DNA of 54,153 bases from a virus (Duplodnaviria; Caudoviricetes): the IMG/VR virus record IMGVR_UViG_3300009181_000094, positions 1 through 54,153 of that record; one strand, given 5' to 3'. The translations under genes and the position numbers were made by a program. This document shows, piece after piece, positions 39,745 through 48,826 of this stretch. The notes beneath the pieces are model-generated. The model did no database searches and was not told the DNA's origin. It saw nothing but the letters and a program-made list of their open reading frames with translations. Numbering within the stretch: the first letter of the stretch is position 1; every line of letters starts with the position of its first letter.

Positions 39745-39858
39745 ATGACTGACCAAGAACGCTGGCAACAAGATCTAGAAGAAATGGAAATTGTTTTGCT
39801 GCTGCTCTTTTTCTTTGCCTGGGTGGCTTTTTGGTGGTATGTCGATCATGTCAGTTAA
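39745..39858 (+). CDS. Small single-pass membrane protein (37 aa), not in the ORF track
   Basis: MTDQERWQQDLEEMEIVLLLLFFFAWVAFWWYVDHVS fills the intergenic gap exactly. Confidence 0.5.
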   Translation: MTDQERWQQDLEEMEIVLLLLFFFAWVAFWWYVDHVS

Positions 39859-39866
39859 ATACCCGC

Positions 39867-40631
39867 ATGAAAATAGTAATTGTCACAGGCGGATTTGATC
39901 CGCTACATTCAGGGCACATTGCCTACTTTGAAGCTGCCCGGGCACTAGGCGACAGACTAGTGGTGGGCATTAACTCAGATGAGTGGCTCACCCGTAAAAA
40001 AGGCAGGCCATTTTTGCCTGCAACAGAACGTCGAGCCATTATTGAAAATTTACGCATGGTGGACAAAGTAATCGAGTTTGACGATGCTGACAACACATCC
40101 ATAAATGCCATACGTGTTGCACGTGACTTTTATATACGTCCAGGAACCAAGTTTATTTTTGCCAATGGCGGAGACCGTACAGCCGACAACTGTCCTGAAA
40201 TGGTGTTTGATGATGTGGATTTTTGTTTTGGTGTAGGCGGCGAGAACAAAATGAATTCCAGTTCATGGATACTCAATGAATGGAAAACACCACGAACTGA
40301 TCGTGCCTGGGGATACTATCGTGTGTTACATGAAGTAGGCGCCAATACCAAACTCAAAGAACTCACTGTGATGCCCAACACATGTTTGAGCATGCAAAGA
40401 CACGACAGTCGTGCTGAGTTTTGGTTTGTGGCTGAAGGAGAAGCCACAGTGTATACTTTGGATGAGGCTTCAACTGATCAAGAAGTCAAGTGTCAGTTGA
40501 CCATGCATGCACACACTTTTATCAATGTAAATGAATGGCATCAGCTGTGCAATGAAACTGATCAACCACTCAAATTGATTGAAATACAATACGGTGACTG
40601 CTGTGTTGAGGAAGATATAGAACGCCGATGA
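39867..40631 (+). CDS. Nucleotidyl(cytidylyl)transferase fused to a cupin (type II PMI C-terminal-like) domain
   Basis: TGGFDPLHSGH (HIGH), GINSD, NGGDR; then RAWGYY...LSMQRH..R.EFW...WHQL.N...IEIQYG...EEDIER; TAAATA 5 nt upstream. Confidence 0.85.
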   Translation: MKIVIVTGGFDPLHSGHIAYFEAARALGDRLVVGINSDEWLTRKKGRPFLPATERRAIIENLRMVDKVIEFDDADNTSINAIRVARDFYIRPGTKFIFANGGDRTADNCPEMVFDDVDFCFGVGGENKMNSSSWILNEWKTPRTDRAWGYYRVLHEVGANTKLKELTVMPNTCLSMQRHDSRAEFWFVAEGEATVYTLDEASTDQEVKCQLTMHAHTFINVNEWHQLCNETDQPLKLIEIQYGDCCVEEDIERR

Positions 40632-41320
40632 AACCCATACCTGTGTTTGTGGGCTATGATCCCAGAGAAGCAGTGGCATACCACGTATGTGTGAACTCGA
40701 TCATCAGGCATGCCAGTCAACCAGTTGCTATTATTCCTGTGGCATTGAACCTGTTCCGAGACTACGATGAAACGCATACTGATGGTAGTAACCAGTTTAT
40801 CTACAGTCGTTTCCTTGTGCCGCACCTGATGGACTATCAGGGCTGGGCCATATTCATCGATGGCGACATGATCCTGCGTGGAGACATTGTGGAATTATGG
40901 AATCTACAAGATTCTTTTAAAGATGTCATGGTTGTCAAACATGACTATAAAACTCGCATGCCTGTGAAATATCTTGGATCAAAGAACGAAGACTATCCGC
41001 GCAAGAATTGGTCAAGTGTGATACTGTGGAACTGCAACAGCTATCCCAATCGTAAACTAACGCCTGAGTTTGTGCAAAAATCAACAGGTGCGGAACTGCA
41101 TAGATTTTCCTGGATAGATGATGAACGTATTGGTGAACTACCTGCAGAGTGGAACTGGCTGGATGTTGAGTATGAGTGGAACCCTTTGGTCAAGTTAGTG
41201 CATTACACATTAGGAACTCCTTGTTTTCATGAGTTTGCTAATGCTGGTGACTTTGCACAAGACTGGCATCAAGAAAGACTATTAACTGACTACTGTGAGC
41301 AAAGAACAAAAAATGGATGA
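40628..41320 (+). CDS. Glycosyltransferase (GT-A, GT8-like)
   Basis: GYDPRE, F.YSRFLVP, FIDGDM (DxD), NWSSV, EWNWL, HYTLGTP. Confidence 0.8.
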   Translation: MKPIPVFVGYDPREAVAYHVCVNSIIRHASQPVAIIPVALNLFRDYDETHTDGSNQFIYSRFLVPHLMDYQGWAIFIDGDMILRGDIVELWNLQDSFKDVMVVKHDYKTRMPVKYLGSKNEDYPRKNWSSVILWNCNSYPNRKLTPEFVQKSTGAELHRFSWIDDERIGELPAEWNWLDVEYEWNPLVKLVHYTLGTPCFHEFANAGDFAQDWHQERLLTDYCEQRTKNG

Positions 41321-42275
41321 TGAAGAATACACACCACCGGTAGAGCATGAATTTGATTTGTTACCAGCCGAAGTTCGAGAAATATTCTACGACATAATAA
41401 AATATCGGGCAGACCCAGCAGGGGATTATTATGGTATGAATTTTGATGCGATTACCGCAAAAATTCGTGCGTTAGACACACAGGCAGTACATGCCATTGA
41501 CAGTGAATACAGATATGAAAGAAAAGGGTATATGTACGATCCTACATTAGAAAGTTTTGTGCGCGGATGTGGTGGACAAATAACCACCTGGAGTAAAACT
41601 GAAACAACGCCCACTCCAGTGGTGTTACGTGGTATTACCAAACGCAAACAAATGGATGCGTGTCGAGCTGCTGGCAAAGACTTTTATTATATTGACACTG
41701 GATACTTTGGCAATGGCAAGAAAAAATTGTATCATAGGATTACAAAAAATGATGTGCAAAACTTTGGACCTGTGATTGAGCGTCCCAGTGATAGGTTTGA
41801 TCGCACAGGAGTTCGACTCAAAAAAGTGCGCACTGATGGCAGTAAAATATTGTTGGCACCACCCAGTCAAAAACTGTTGAATCTTTATGACATAGATCTT
41901 GAAACTTGGTTGCAAAATACATTGAATGAAATTGGTTTGCACACCGACAGAGAAGTGGTGATTCGCCGCAAGCAAGGGCGCAGTGTGAGAATAAATGATG
42001 ACACAATAGAAATGGCCTTAGACCAGGATATCTATTGTATGATAACTTATTCCAGTATTGCAGCCGGCGAAGCCATACTGCATGGCAAGCCTGCCATTAC
42101 GCTTGGCCCCAATGCTGCCGCTGCTGTATGCAGTAATTCAATTGCAGAAATAGAAAAAATTAAAAAACCCAATCTTGACGAAATTACTGCTTGGGCACAT
42201 CACATAGCCTATTGCCAGTTTACTGAAGCGGAAATGCGAGATGGCACCGCTTGGAGAATACTGCAAGGTGGTTGA
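41313..42275 (+). CDS. Putative GT-B glycosyltransferase (capsule biosynthesis KpsS/KpsC-like)
   Basis: IDTGYF...ILLAPP...ITYSSIAAGEAIL.GKP motif shared with three neighbours. Confidence 0.55.
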   Translation: MDDEEYTPPVEHEFDLLPAEVREIFYDIIKYRADPAGDYYGMNFDAITAKIRALDTQAVHAIDSEYRYERKGYMYDPTLESFVRGCGGQITTWSKTETTPTPVVLRGITKRKQMDACRAAGKDFYYIDTGYFGNGKKKLYHRITKNDVQNFGPVIERPSDRFDRTGVRLKKVRTDGSKILLAPPSQKLLNLYDIDLETWLQNTLNEIGLHTDREVVIRRKQGRSVRINDDTIEMALDQDIYCMITYSSIAAGEAILHGKPAITLGPNAAAAVCSNSIAEIEKIKKPNLDEITAWAHHIAYCQFTEAEMRDGTAWRILQGG

Positions 42276-43209
42276 TTGTGTTGTTTACCTCAGTAGTGTG
42301 GCCAACGTTCGCAAACACACAAGAAAAATTGAATGTTTGGAAAGTTTTGCCGAAGGGGTGCGGGTAACCGGCCACTCAGTTGTGACAGAATGGGAACACC
42401 GATATACTCCCAGCAAATTAGCAGTAATATTGGGCTGGGCAACAACAAACACCGGTGGCCGCAATATTGCATTGCGCAAGCAAATCATTGCCGATCAACG
42501 CCGCCTGGGAAATCATACCATGTGTATAGATGCCAGTTGTTGGAAATATCTTGATGATGCCAGCGGCTATTTGCGATACAGTCTTGGTGGACCATTTTAC
42601 GATCGTGCTGAGTATGCTAATAAAAACAGCAATGCCACCAAGTGGACAGAAATAAGTCGCCAATTGGGTGTGCAACTACAGCCGGTCAAAACAAACACCA
42701 CTGGACATATCTTAATTTGCATGCAACGTGATGGTGGGTTCGCAATGAAAACTTTGGATCCCATGCAATGGCTCAAAGAAAAAGTTCAACAAATTAGATC
42801 TACAAGCAATAGGCAGATACATATTCGCCCACACCCTGGGCAATACGACATGAACAAATTTGTAGAATATACAAACAGATCAGGACAGCGAAACAACATA
42901 GTTGTTGTTGAACCCAGTCAAAGCCGATTGATTGATAATTTGCAAAATGCACATGCCGCAGTGTTTTTCAACAGTTCGGCCAGTGTGGCAGCGGCATGCG
43001 AAGGTATACCTGTGTTTGCGGACGATGCCAGTTGTGTGGCATGGGCAGTGGCCAACAAAGATGTCAGTAAGATTGAATCTCCTGAAACATTCTCAAGAGA
43101 GCAATGGATGTATGATCTAGCAGCCGCACATTGGAGTGATGCGGATGCTAGAGCCGGCCGTATCTATCAAAAATTCTTGCCTTACTTGACTTCCACAGTG
43201 ACGTCGTAG
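42268..43209 (+). CDS. Putative GT-B glycosyltransferase (KpsS/KpsC-like)
   Basis: ILICMQ...IRPHP...NSSASVAA..EGIPV motif; probable GTG start. Confidence 0.55.
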   Translation: MVDCVVYLSSVANVRKHTRKIECLESFAEGVRVTGHSVVTEWEHRYTPSKLAVILGWATTNTGGRNIALRKQIIADQRRLGNHTMCIDASCWKYLDDASGYLRYSLGGPFYDRAEYANKNSNATKWTEISRQLGVQLQPVKTNTTGHILICMQRDGGFAMKTLDPMQWLKEKVQQIRSTSNRQIHIRPHPGQYDMNKFVEYTNRSGQRNNIVVVEPSQSRLIDNLQNAHAAVFFNSSASVAAACEGIPVFADDASCVAWAVANKDVSKIESPETFSREQWMYDLAAAHWSDADARAGRIYQKFLPYLTSTVTS

Positions 43210-43739
43210 ACTTCGCCCACAATGTTGGGCCATTTGTGACGCTTGTCAAACACCGCAATCTCTTCTTTAACTATGATCACATTCATGTTGGCCAACAGTT
43301 GCTGACGCCACCAGTTGGGTGATTCCACAATCAAGTGAGCATTACGACCATCGGGCAAGTGTTTTTTTGCAGGATAACAGGCAATTCTAAACCAACCAGC
43401 AACTTGTATCTTGCTGCTGATCAACTGTAATGTGGCGGCAAGATGCGCAGGCTCTATGTGTTCAAATACATCAGCACTGACCACAGCATCAAATGATTTT
43501 TTGGGCATGCGATTGTGCTCAGTATTTCCTGGATCATAACCATCTGTGACTATGCCAGGGTATGCGTTGTTGATGCTAGACATCAGTGCGCCATGACCAC
43601 AGCCAAAGTCTAATATGCTGTTGGGTTGATATTGATTTATAAATGGACGCATGGCCTTGAGCATTTTGCTGCCTCTAACAAACTGGCCCTTGCTGTGCAT
43701 TTCCACCAGTTGTGCTTGATAGTTGGGATCAATTATCAT
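43182..43739 (-). CDS. SAM-dependent methyltransferase
   Basis: ILDFGCGHG, YDPG, FDAVVSADVFEHI. Confidence 0.85.
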   Translation of the reverse strand: MIIDPNYQAQLVEMHSKGQFVRGSKMLKAMRPFINQYQPNSILDFGCGHGALMSSINNAYPGIVTDGYDPGNTEHNRMPKKSFDAVVSADVFEHIEPAHLAATLQLISSKIQVAGWFRIACYPAKKHLPDGRNAHLIVESPNWWRQQLLANMNVIIVKEEIAVFDKRHKWPNIVGEVYDVTVEVK

Positions 43740-44416
43740 CTATGATTTACTTCCACAAACTCATACTTACCAATAAATGTTTCAGGTGTGTCCTGCCACA
43801 TACCAATCAATTGATCATCCATCCAGGTATCATAATACGGGCGATCTTTGAACCACCAAAATAAGTCACTTCCTGACCAATCTGTGTAGTGGCCACGAAA
43901 GAATTCTCTAGTGCGTGGCACACGAAAATAGTCAGGATTATACATGGTCTTTTTGCCCTTGGCCACACGTTGAAAGTTTAGCCCAATAAAACAAAACTTT
44001 TCAGCATGGTGTTCTAGTTTTTCTCTCACCCAGGTCATGTCATCATCAGGTATGCTGTTCAACACTTGTGTGCATATCACACCGTCAAATTTGGCACCTG
44101 GGGGCGGCGGGGTTTCAAATTCTGCCACACAAGGATCGTAACAATACACAGTGACACCAAGATATTGATCAAAAGTTTGCCACTGACTTTCGGGCATGGT
44201 CTCGCCAGACAACATGCCATATGGCAGTGGTTCTCGGTATTGTAGTCCTTTGCCGCAGCCATAGTCTAATATAGTTTTGGCATTGTATCGATCCACAAGA
44301 TCCTTGATGAGTTTTTGATATTTTACAACATCATATCCGGCCCAACTTTTGTTGTTAACTTGAAACTCACGACCCAGTTGCACTGATTCTTCATAATATT
44401 GACTAGGGCTTGTAAT
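43736..44416 (-). CDS. SAM-dependent methyltransferase; probable ATT start
   Basis: ILDYGCGKG, YDP, FDGVICTQVL. The frame is open to ATT at 44416, 7 nt after GGAG, with an in-frame stop just upstream. Confidence 0.8.
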   Translation of the reverse strand: MTSPSQYYEESVQLGREFQVNNKSWAGYDVVKYQKLIKDLVDRYNAKTILDYGCGKGLQYREPLPYGMLSGETMPESQWQTFDQYLGVTVYCYDPCVAEFETPPPPGAKFDGVICTQVLNSIPDDDMTWVREKLEHHAEKFCFIGLNFQRVAKGKKTMYNPDYFRVPRTREFFRGHYTDWSGSDLFWWFKDRPYYDTWMDDQLIGMWQDTPETFIGKYEFVEVNHR

Positions 44417-44417
44417 T

Positions 44418-45104
44418 TTATTTCTCCAAATTCATTGTGGTGGATAATTTTTTAATATTACCATCTTTTGCGTAAAGTGGATGTAGTCTCGCAATAGAGG
44501 GACAGTGATGACTCACCGACACAATTTTTGTTCCTATCAACCAGTCAGTTGGAAGGAAACCATTGGCTTTGACCCAGTCAATCAGCTTGACTGCGGCATG
44601 TGGTTTGATGATGTAGGCATAGGCTCCCAAGGTATTCCAGCCAGCAGCAGTTTCACGATTGCCACCGCTGTGTTCACCATCTCGAATGGTCCAGATTGAT
44701 GATGTATCATTTGAGTGTGCGGCCAACCAGTGTTCATATGAATCGCTGTAGGGATTTCCAGAATCTAATTTAATAACATCATCAAACAAGTCTAAAATAT
44801 TGTCTGGTAGTGGCTTGATAAAATATCCATCATGTTCTAGCACAAGATACGGAACATTGTGTTTGACACAATCCAGCCACAAATAATAATGACTTAGCAA
44901 ACACCCAACTATTCCAACTCTTCCTTTTTTAAATTTACCCAAGGGCTTTATGTTTAATAATTCTAAATGACTCGCTGCATCAAATCCGTTTATGGCATCA
45001 AATACTTCAGCAGTGATGCCAAACTTTGCGGCCTGTTCTATGCAATCCTGTGCCACTGTTTGAGACAGCTGATTATTTTGTAACACAATTATTTTTGTTC
45101 GCAT
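44418..45104 (-). CDS. Glycosyltransferase family 25 (LPS/LOS biosynthesis-like)
   Basis: FDAING, GCLLSHYYLW, LVLEHD, GAYAYII...A.KL, PTD. Confidence 0.8.
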   Translation of the reverse strand: MRTKIIVLQNNQLSQTVAQDCIEQAAKFGITAEVFDAINGFDAASHLELLNIKPLGKFKKGRVGIVGCLLSHYYLWLDCVKHNVPYLVLEHDGYFIKPLPDNILDLFDDVIKLDSGNPYSDSYEHWLAAHSNDTSSIWTIRDGEHSGGNRETAAGWNTLGAYAYIIKPHAAVKLIDWVKANGFLPTDWLIGTKIVSVSHHCPSIARLHPLYAKDGNIKKLSTTMNLEK

Positions 45105-45745
45105 GTGTATATCCAATCAGATTCGTTCAGTGTATCAACATGTGTGTAACCCAATGATGCCAGTAGGTCTTTGGTTTTTTGATTGATGTTGTCCCCAAAT
45201 CTATTTTGATATTTAATTGGAGGTGGATCCCACATTTCAATGGCTATGACTGGTTTGAATTTTTGAATAGTAGACACAGCACCGCTGAGAGCAAAATATT
45301 CATAGCCTTCTATGTCCAAGTGTATCAAATCACATGCTGTCAATCCTAAATTATCTATCAAATAGATTGGATAAAGTCCAGCACCGTTGATAAAACTTTT
45401 TCCTCTACTTTTGGATTTGATATGAAGATCAACCAATCCAGGATCACTACCGAGACATCCTTGGGATTTAATTATATTTTCTTCAGGGCAATTCAGGGCT
45501 AAACAATAAAAATTCAGCCAGTCTGGTTCAAAAGTATAAACAGCATTAAAAATTTTTGAATATTGTTTTGGATACATACCGCAGTTGCCGCCAGCTTGCA
45601 CCACAACTTTTTTGTCATCAACATAACTGGATATTCGGCCAGGCAAATCAAAATTTTCTAATAAAAATTTCCAAGTGTTGGTATCATCTTTTGGCCAATG
45701 CCATCCTTCTTTAATTTCTACTAGATCAAGTGCAGTTATGGCCAT
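45089..45745 (-). CDS. FkbM-family methyltransferase
   Basis: VQAGGNCG, TFEPD, IHLDIEGYE...GA..TI...PVI.IE. Confidence 0.85.
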   Translation of the reverse strand: MAITALDLVEIKEGWHWPKDDTNTWKFLLENFDLPGRISSYVDDKKVVVQAGGNCGMYPKQYSKIFNAVYTFEPDWLNFYCLALNCPEENIIKSQGCLGSDPGLVDLHIKSKSRGKSFINGAGLYPIYLIDNLGLTACDLIHLDIEGYEYFALSGAVSTIQKFKPVIAIEMWDPPPIKYQNRFGDNINQKTKDLLASLGYTHVDTLNESDWIYTCEQK

Positions 45746-46386
45746 CCCATGATCCAGTCGTCACGTATTTGCTCCAGTTTGACCATGCTCCAGGCTTGCA
45801 ATAATTCTACTGCTGCAAACTGACCGTATTGCTTGCTGTAAGCATCATGTGGTTTTTGTTCTATCACTATCACAGGTCTACAACGACGAATGGTTTGTTC
45901 AGCGCCTTGCAAGATACGATACTCGTATCCCTCGCAGTCAATTTTGATATAACTGACATCATGAAAATTCAATGTATCCAGTCGAACAACTTGCACATCG
46001 CCAGTGCCCATGGTAGCAGGATCTAGATGGCTGTGCCCAGAATTTTTCTCCGTGATGATCATGGTTCCTTGTGTGTCTTGATCACCTAAGGCAATTGGCT
46101 GAACTTCAAAGTTTGTGCCTTGCACATTTTGTTCCAGACATTCTCTAAACAAGGCCACTGGTTCAAATGCTATCACACGAGCAAAACTGCCAACAAAGTC
46201 ACGGCTCCACAATCCCACATTGGCACCAATGTCCAGGGCCACGTCTCGTTTTTTGCACAGTTCAATGCTTCGACGTCGCACAGCAACTTGATATTCAGCC
46301 GGGAGACCTTTGTCTACACTTTTCTTCAACATCTTTGGAAGATGTGTTTCAAAGTCCGGGAATTTCCATCCATAATGCTCAACCAT
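45736..46386 (-). CDS. FkbM-family methyltransferase
   Basis: LDIGANVG, AFEP, IKIDCEGYE..ILQGA..TI...PVIVIE. Confidence 0.9.
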   Translation of the reverse strand: MVEHYGWKFPDFETHLPKMLKKSVDKGLPAEYQVAVRRRSIELCKKRDVALDIGANVGLWSRDFVGSFARVIAFEPVALFRECLEQNVQGTNFEVQPIALGDQDTQGTMIITEKNSGHSHLDPATMGTGDVQVVRLDTLNFHDVSYIKIDCEGYEYRILQGAEQTIRRCRPVIVIEQKPHDAYSKQYGQFAAVELLQAWSMVKLEQIRDDWIMGWP

Positions 46387-47182
46387 TTAATATCTCCTCA
46401 GTTTGTTTAATTATACGTTCTGCTGAACCGTTCTTGAATTCGTCTATGTGAAACTGCGCATAGGCCAAATGATGTGCCCAGGCCAACACTTGATCTCGAT
46501 CTGGAAACCAAGGATTGTCTATGTGAGCCAGGTCTGTGTTGCTCACAGGTCTGGCAGCGTTCGATGGTGCCAAGGCAAACACAGGAACACCCGCTAGTAT
46601 AGCTTCTGTGCCTGCTATTGAGTTGAATGTTACCACAGCATGCACATCATCCAGGGCTTTTTCCACACGATTAATTTTTCTGTCAGTACGACTTCGATTG
46701 CGTTCACGCACAACAACAGGTCTGTCTGTGTGTTGCCGGATAGTGGCCACAGTTTCTGCCATCCATGAGTCCAGTTCAATATCATAAAATTTACAAGGCT
46801 TTTCGTCGGGAGCAACAATCAGTATTGTGCTGCCACGACGGCGATTGGCTACTTCTAATCCCAGTCGATTCCACCGGTCACTGGGTCGTGGAATAACCTG
46901 ATCATGCTGTAAGTTGTTGGGCACAATACGATGCCAGTGCTTCCAGCCTTGTGGGTTGTTGTAACTGGGGCGATTACCTAAATAACCTGAGTCCATGTAT
47001 CTAAATGGTCGTTTGTCCTCCCAGCACTGCTTGATAATCTTGTGTTTCATGATGCCACGCAACATAAGTGGCTCTGTGCTGTCCTCGTAACGCCATGACT
47101 CCAATGGAGTAGACTCAACACCAAGCCCATGTGCATACATGTCGATGTATTCGTCATCACCATTCTTGCTCAAAAATATCAT
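46379..47182 (-). CDS. Putative GT-B glycosyltransferase (KpsS/KpsC-like), paralog of 41313..42275
   Basis: LRGI.K...MDSGY...HRI..N..Q...RPSDR...VTFNSIAGTEAILAGVP...AY.QF. Confidence 0.55.
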   Translation of the reverse strand: MIFLSKNGDDEYIDMYAHGLGVESTPLESWRYEDSTEPLMLRGIMKHKIIKQCWEDKRPFRYMDSGYLGNRPSYNNPQGWKHWHRIVPNNLQHDQVIPRPSDRWNRLGLEVANRRRGSTILIVAPDEKPCKFYDIELDSWMAETVATIRQHTDRPVVVRERNRSRTDRKINRVEKALDDVHAVVTFNSIAGTEAILAGVPVFALAPSNAARPVSNTDLAHIDNPWFPDRDQVLAWAHHLAYAQFHIDEFKNGSAERIIKQTEEILNG

Positions 47183-47961
47183 CGCCAGTATGTTTCTTTT
47201 CTTGGTGCCACAAGGTCTGACAAGTTGCTGCGGCCACTGCCTTTGCGTTTGCCCTTGAGATGATCAATATACCCTCCCCAATCACAGTTGATCAAGGGAT
47301 GACCCTCGCCCATTTGCAAGTGTGCTGTCCAATTGAGTTCTGCCAGTCCACTGCGAGCTTTTACCGCATCAAACACAAAACTGTCGTGCCATTCTTTCAG
47401 AGTAAAGATGCCATTCTCAGCGTCATCATACATGCGTTGAAACTCTGCCAAGAACTTTTGCACAGGTTCTCTGGTTAGATTCATACCGTATAGGCCACAT
47501 TCACTGAATTTGTTACTGCGACCTGCATAACACAGTTCACGATCTGCAGGAAAGAACTGATCCAATTGTTGCACAGTGATTGGTGAGTGGCACACCATGT
47601 CAGCGTCCATCCAAATCAACCAATCTGTTTGGGCATGTTTGGCAGCATGAAATATAGCATACACTTTGTGACTGAATCTCACTGCTTGCCATTTGAATGA
47701 TTTACGTTCGCTACCAGGCCCATTATCGCCATTGGCCTTGGGCACGTTGCGCCATTTGTTTTTGAATGCCACAAGATCAGCACTTACCCCTTCCAAGTCC
47801 AACACTTGTAAATTGGGTGCTGATGGTTTAACACGACACCCTTCGGCATACACCTTGAGCAAGATGTCTTTGGGCCAAGTCTGTAAAAAAGTTTGAATCA
47901 TTCGCCGACCGTAGGTATTGTAACCGTCGGCATTGAAAGTGGTAACTACAGTGTATTTCAT
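47179..47961 (-). CDS. Nucleotide-diphospho-sugar transferase (GT-A)
   Basis: RFSHKVYA, WMDAD (DxD), EWHDS.VFD, DHLKG; start MKYTVV 5 nt after TAAATA (47967-72). Confidence 0.75.
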   Translation of the reverse strand: MKYTVVTTFNADGYNTYGRRMIQTFLQTWPKDILLKVYAEGCRVKPSAPNLQVLDLEGVSADLVAFKNKWRNVPKANGDNGPGSERKSFKWQAVRFSHKVYAIFHAAKHAQTDWLIWMDADMVCHSPITVQQLDQFFPADRELCYAGRSNKFSECGLYGMNLTREPVQKFLAEFQRMYDDAENGIFTLKEWHDSFVFDAVKARSGLAELNWTAHLQMGEGHPLINCDWGGYIDHLKGKRKGSGRSNLSDLVAPRKETYWR

Positions 47962-47974
47962 AAGCGTATTTACA

Positions 47975-48826
47975 GTGATCAAATCCATAGCCTATTTTCC
48001 TGCCCAGTGTGCGCTAAATTCCCGACCTGTGATGGCAGCGTTTTTGGATTGTTGCCAAGCCTCAGGTATACAAACACAAGAGAATTCCATGACTGCTGAT
48101 GCCGCAGTGATTTGGTCAGTGTTATGGCATGGCAGGATGCGAGCCAACCAAGCAGTATATGAGCACTATCGCGGTCAAAACCGACCTGTGATTGTGATAG
48201 ACATTGGTGCGTTGTATCGTGGGCAGACTTGGAAACTGGCAGTAAACCATATCACTAGAGATGGATACTATGGACACTATGATAATTTGGATTGGGATCG
48301 CCCTAGAAAGTTGCAAATAAGTTTGGCTACTCAACTGCATCCAGGTCCCGAAATCATCATTGCCGCACAACATCAAAACAGTTTGCAAGTCGCTGGCATT
48401 GGCAGCATGGAATCCTGGGTGTTGATGCAAATTCAACAACTACGCAACTCTACTGACCGTCCCATACGCATACGAGCACATCCGCGAAGTCCGCTACGCA
48501 TGCCATACTTGCCTGAGAATACTACTTTGGAAGTTGCAAGACCCGTGGTCAACACTTACGACAGTTTTGACATGCACTTTAACTGCCATGCAGTTGTGAA
48601 CCACAATTCAGGACCGGGCATACAAGCAGGCATTGCAGGTTGCAGACCCATTGTGGCACACAGCAGTCTTGCATATCCTGTGGCAGTGGGTATGCCTGAT
48701 ATTGAACAACCCTATGACATAGACAGGGAATCGTGGCTGGCGCAAATATGCCACACTGAATACACTGTGGAAGAAATTGGACAAGGACTATGGCTAAAAA
48801 GAATCGAGCCCACACTGACACTGTGA
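47975..48826 (+). CDS. Putative GT-B glycosyltransferase (KpsS/KpsC-like)
   Basis: IIIAAQ...IRAHPR...VVNHNSGPGIQA.IAG motif; probable GTG start at 47975. Confidence 0.55.
   Translation: MIKSIAYFPAQCALNSRPVMAAFLDCCQASGIQTQENSMTADAAVIWSVLWHGRMRANQAVYEHYRGQNRPVIVIDIGALYRGQTWKLAVNHITRDGYYGHYDNLDWDRPRKLQISLATQLHPGPEIIIAAQHQNSLQVAGIGSMESWVLMQIQQLRNSTDRPIRIRAHPRSPLRMPYLPENTTLEVARPVVNTYDSFDMHFNCHAVVNHNSGPGIQAGIAGCRPIVAHSSLAYPVAVGMPDIEQPYDIDRESWLAQICHTEYTVEEIGQGLWLKRIEPTLTL

Noticed and set aside
12368-47988. Longest-ORF starts in the track (12368, 18277, 28991, 32577, 36185, 39054, 39831, 47933, 47988)
   Set aside because: These run through promoters or neighbouring genes; downstream starts with an SD or TAAATA context fit better.
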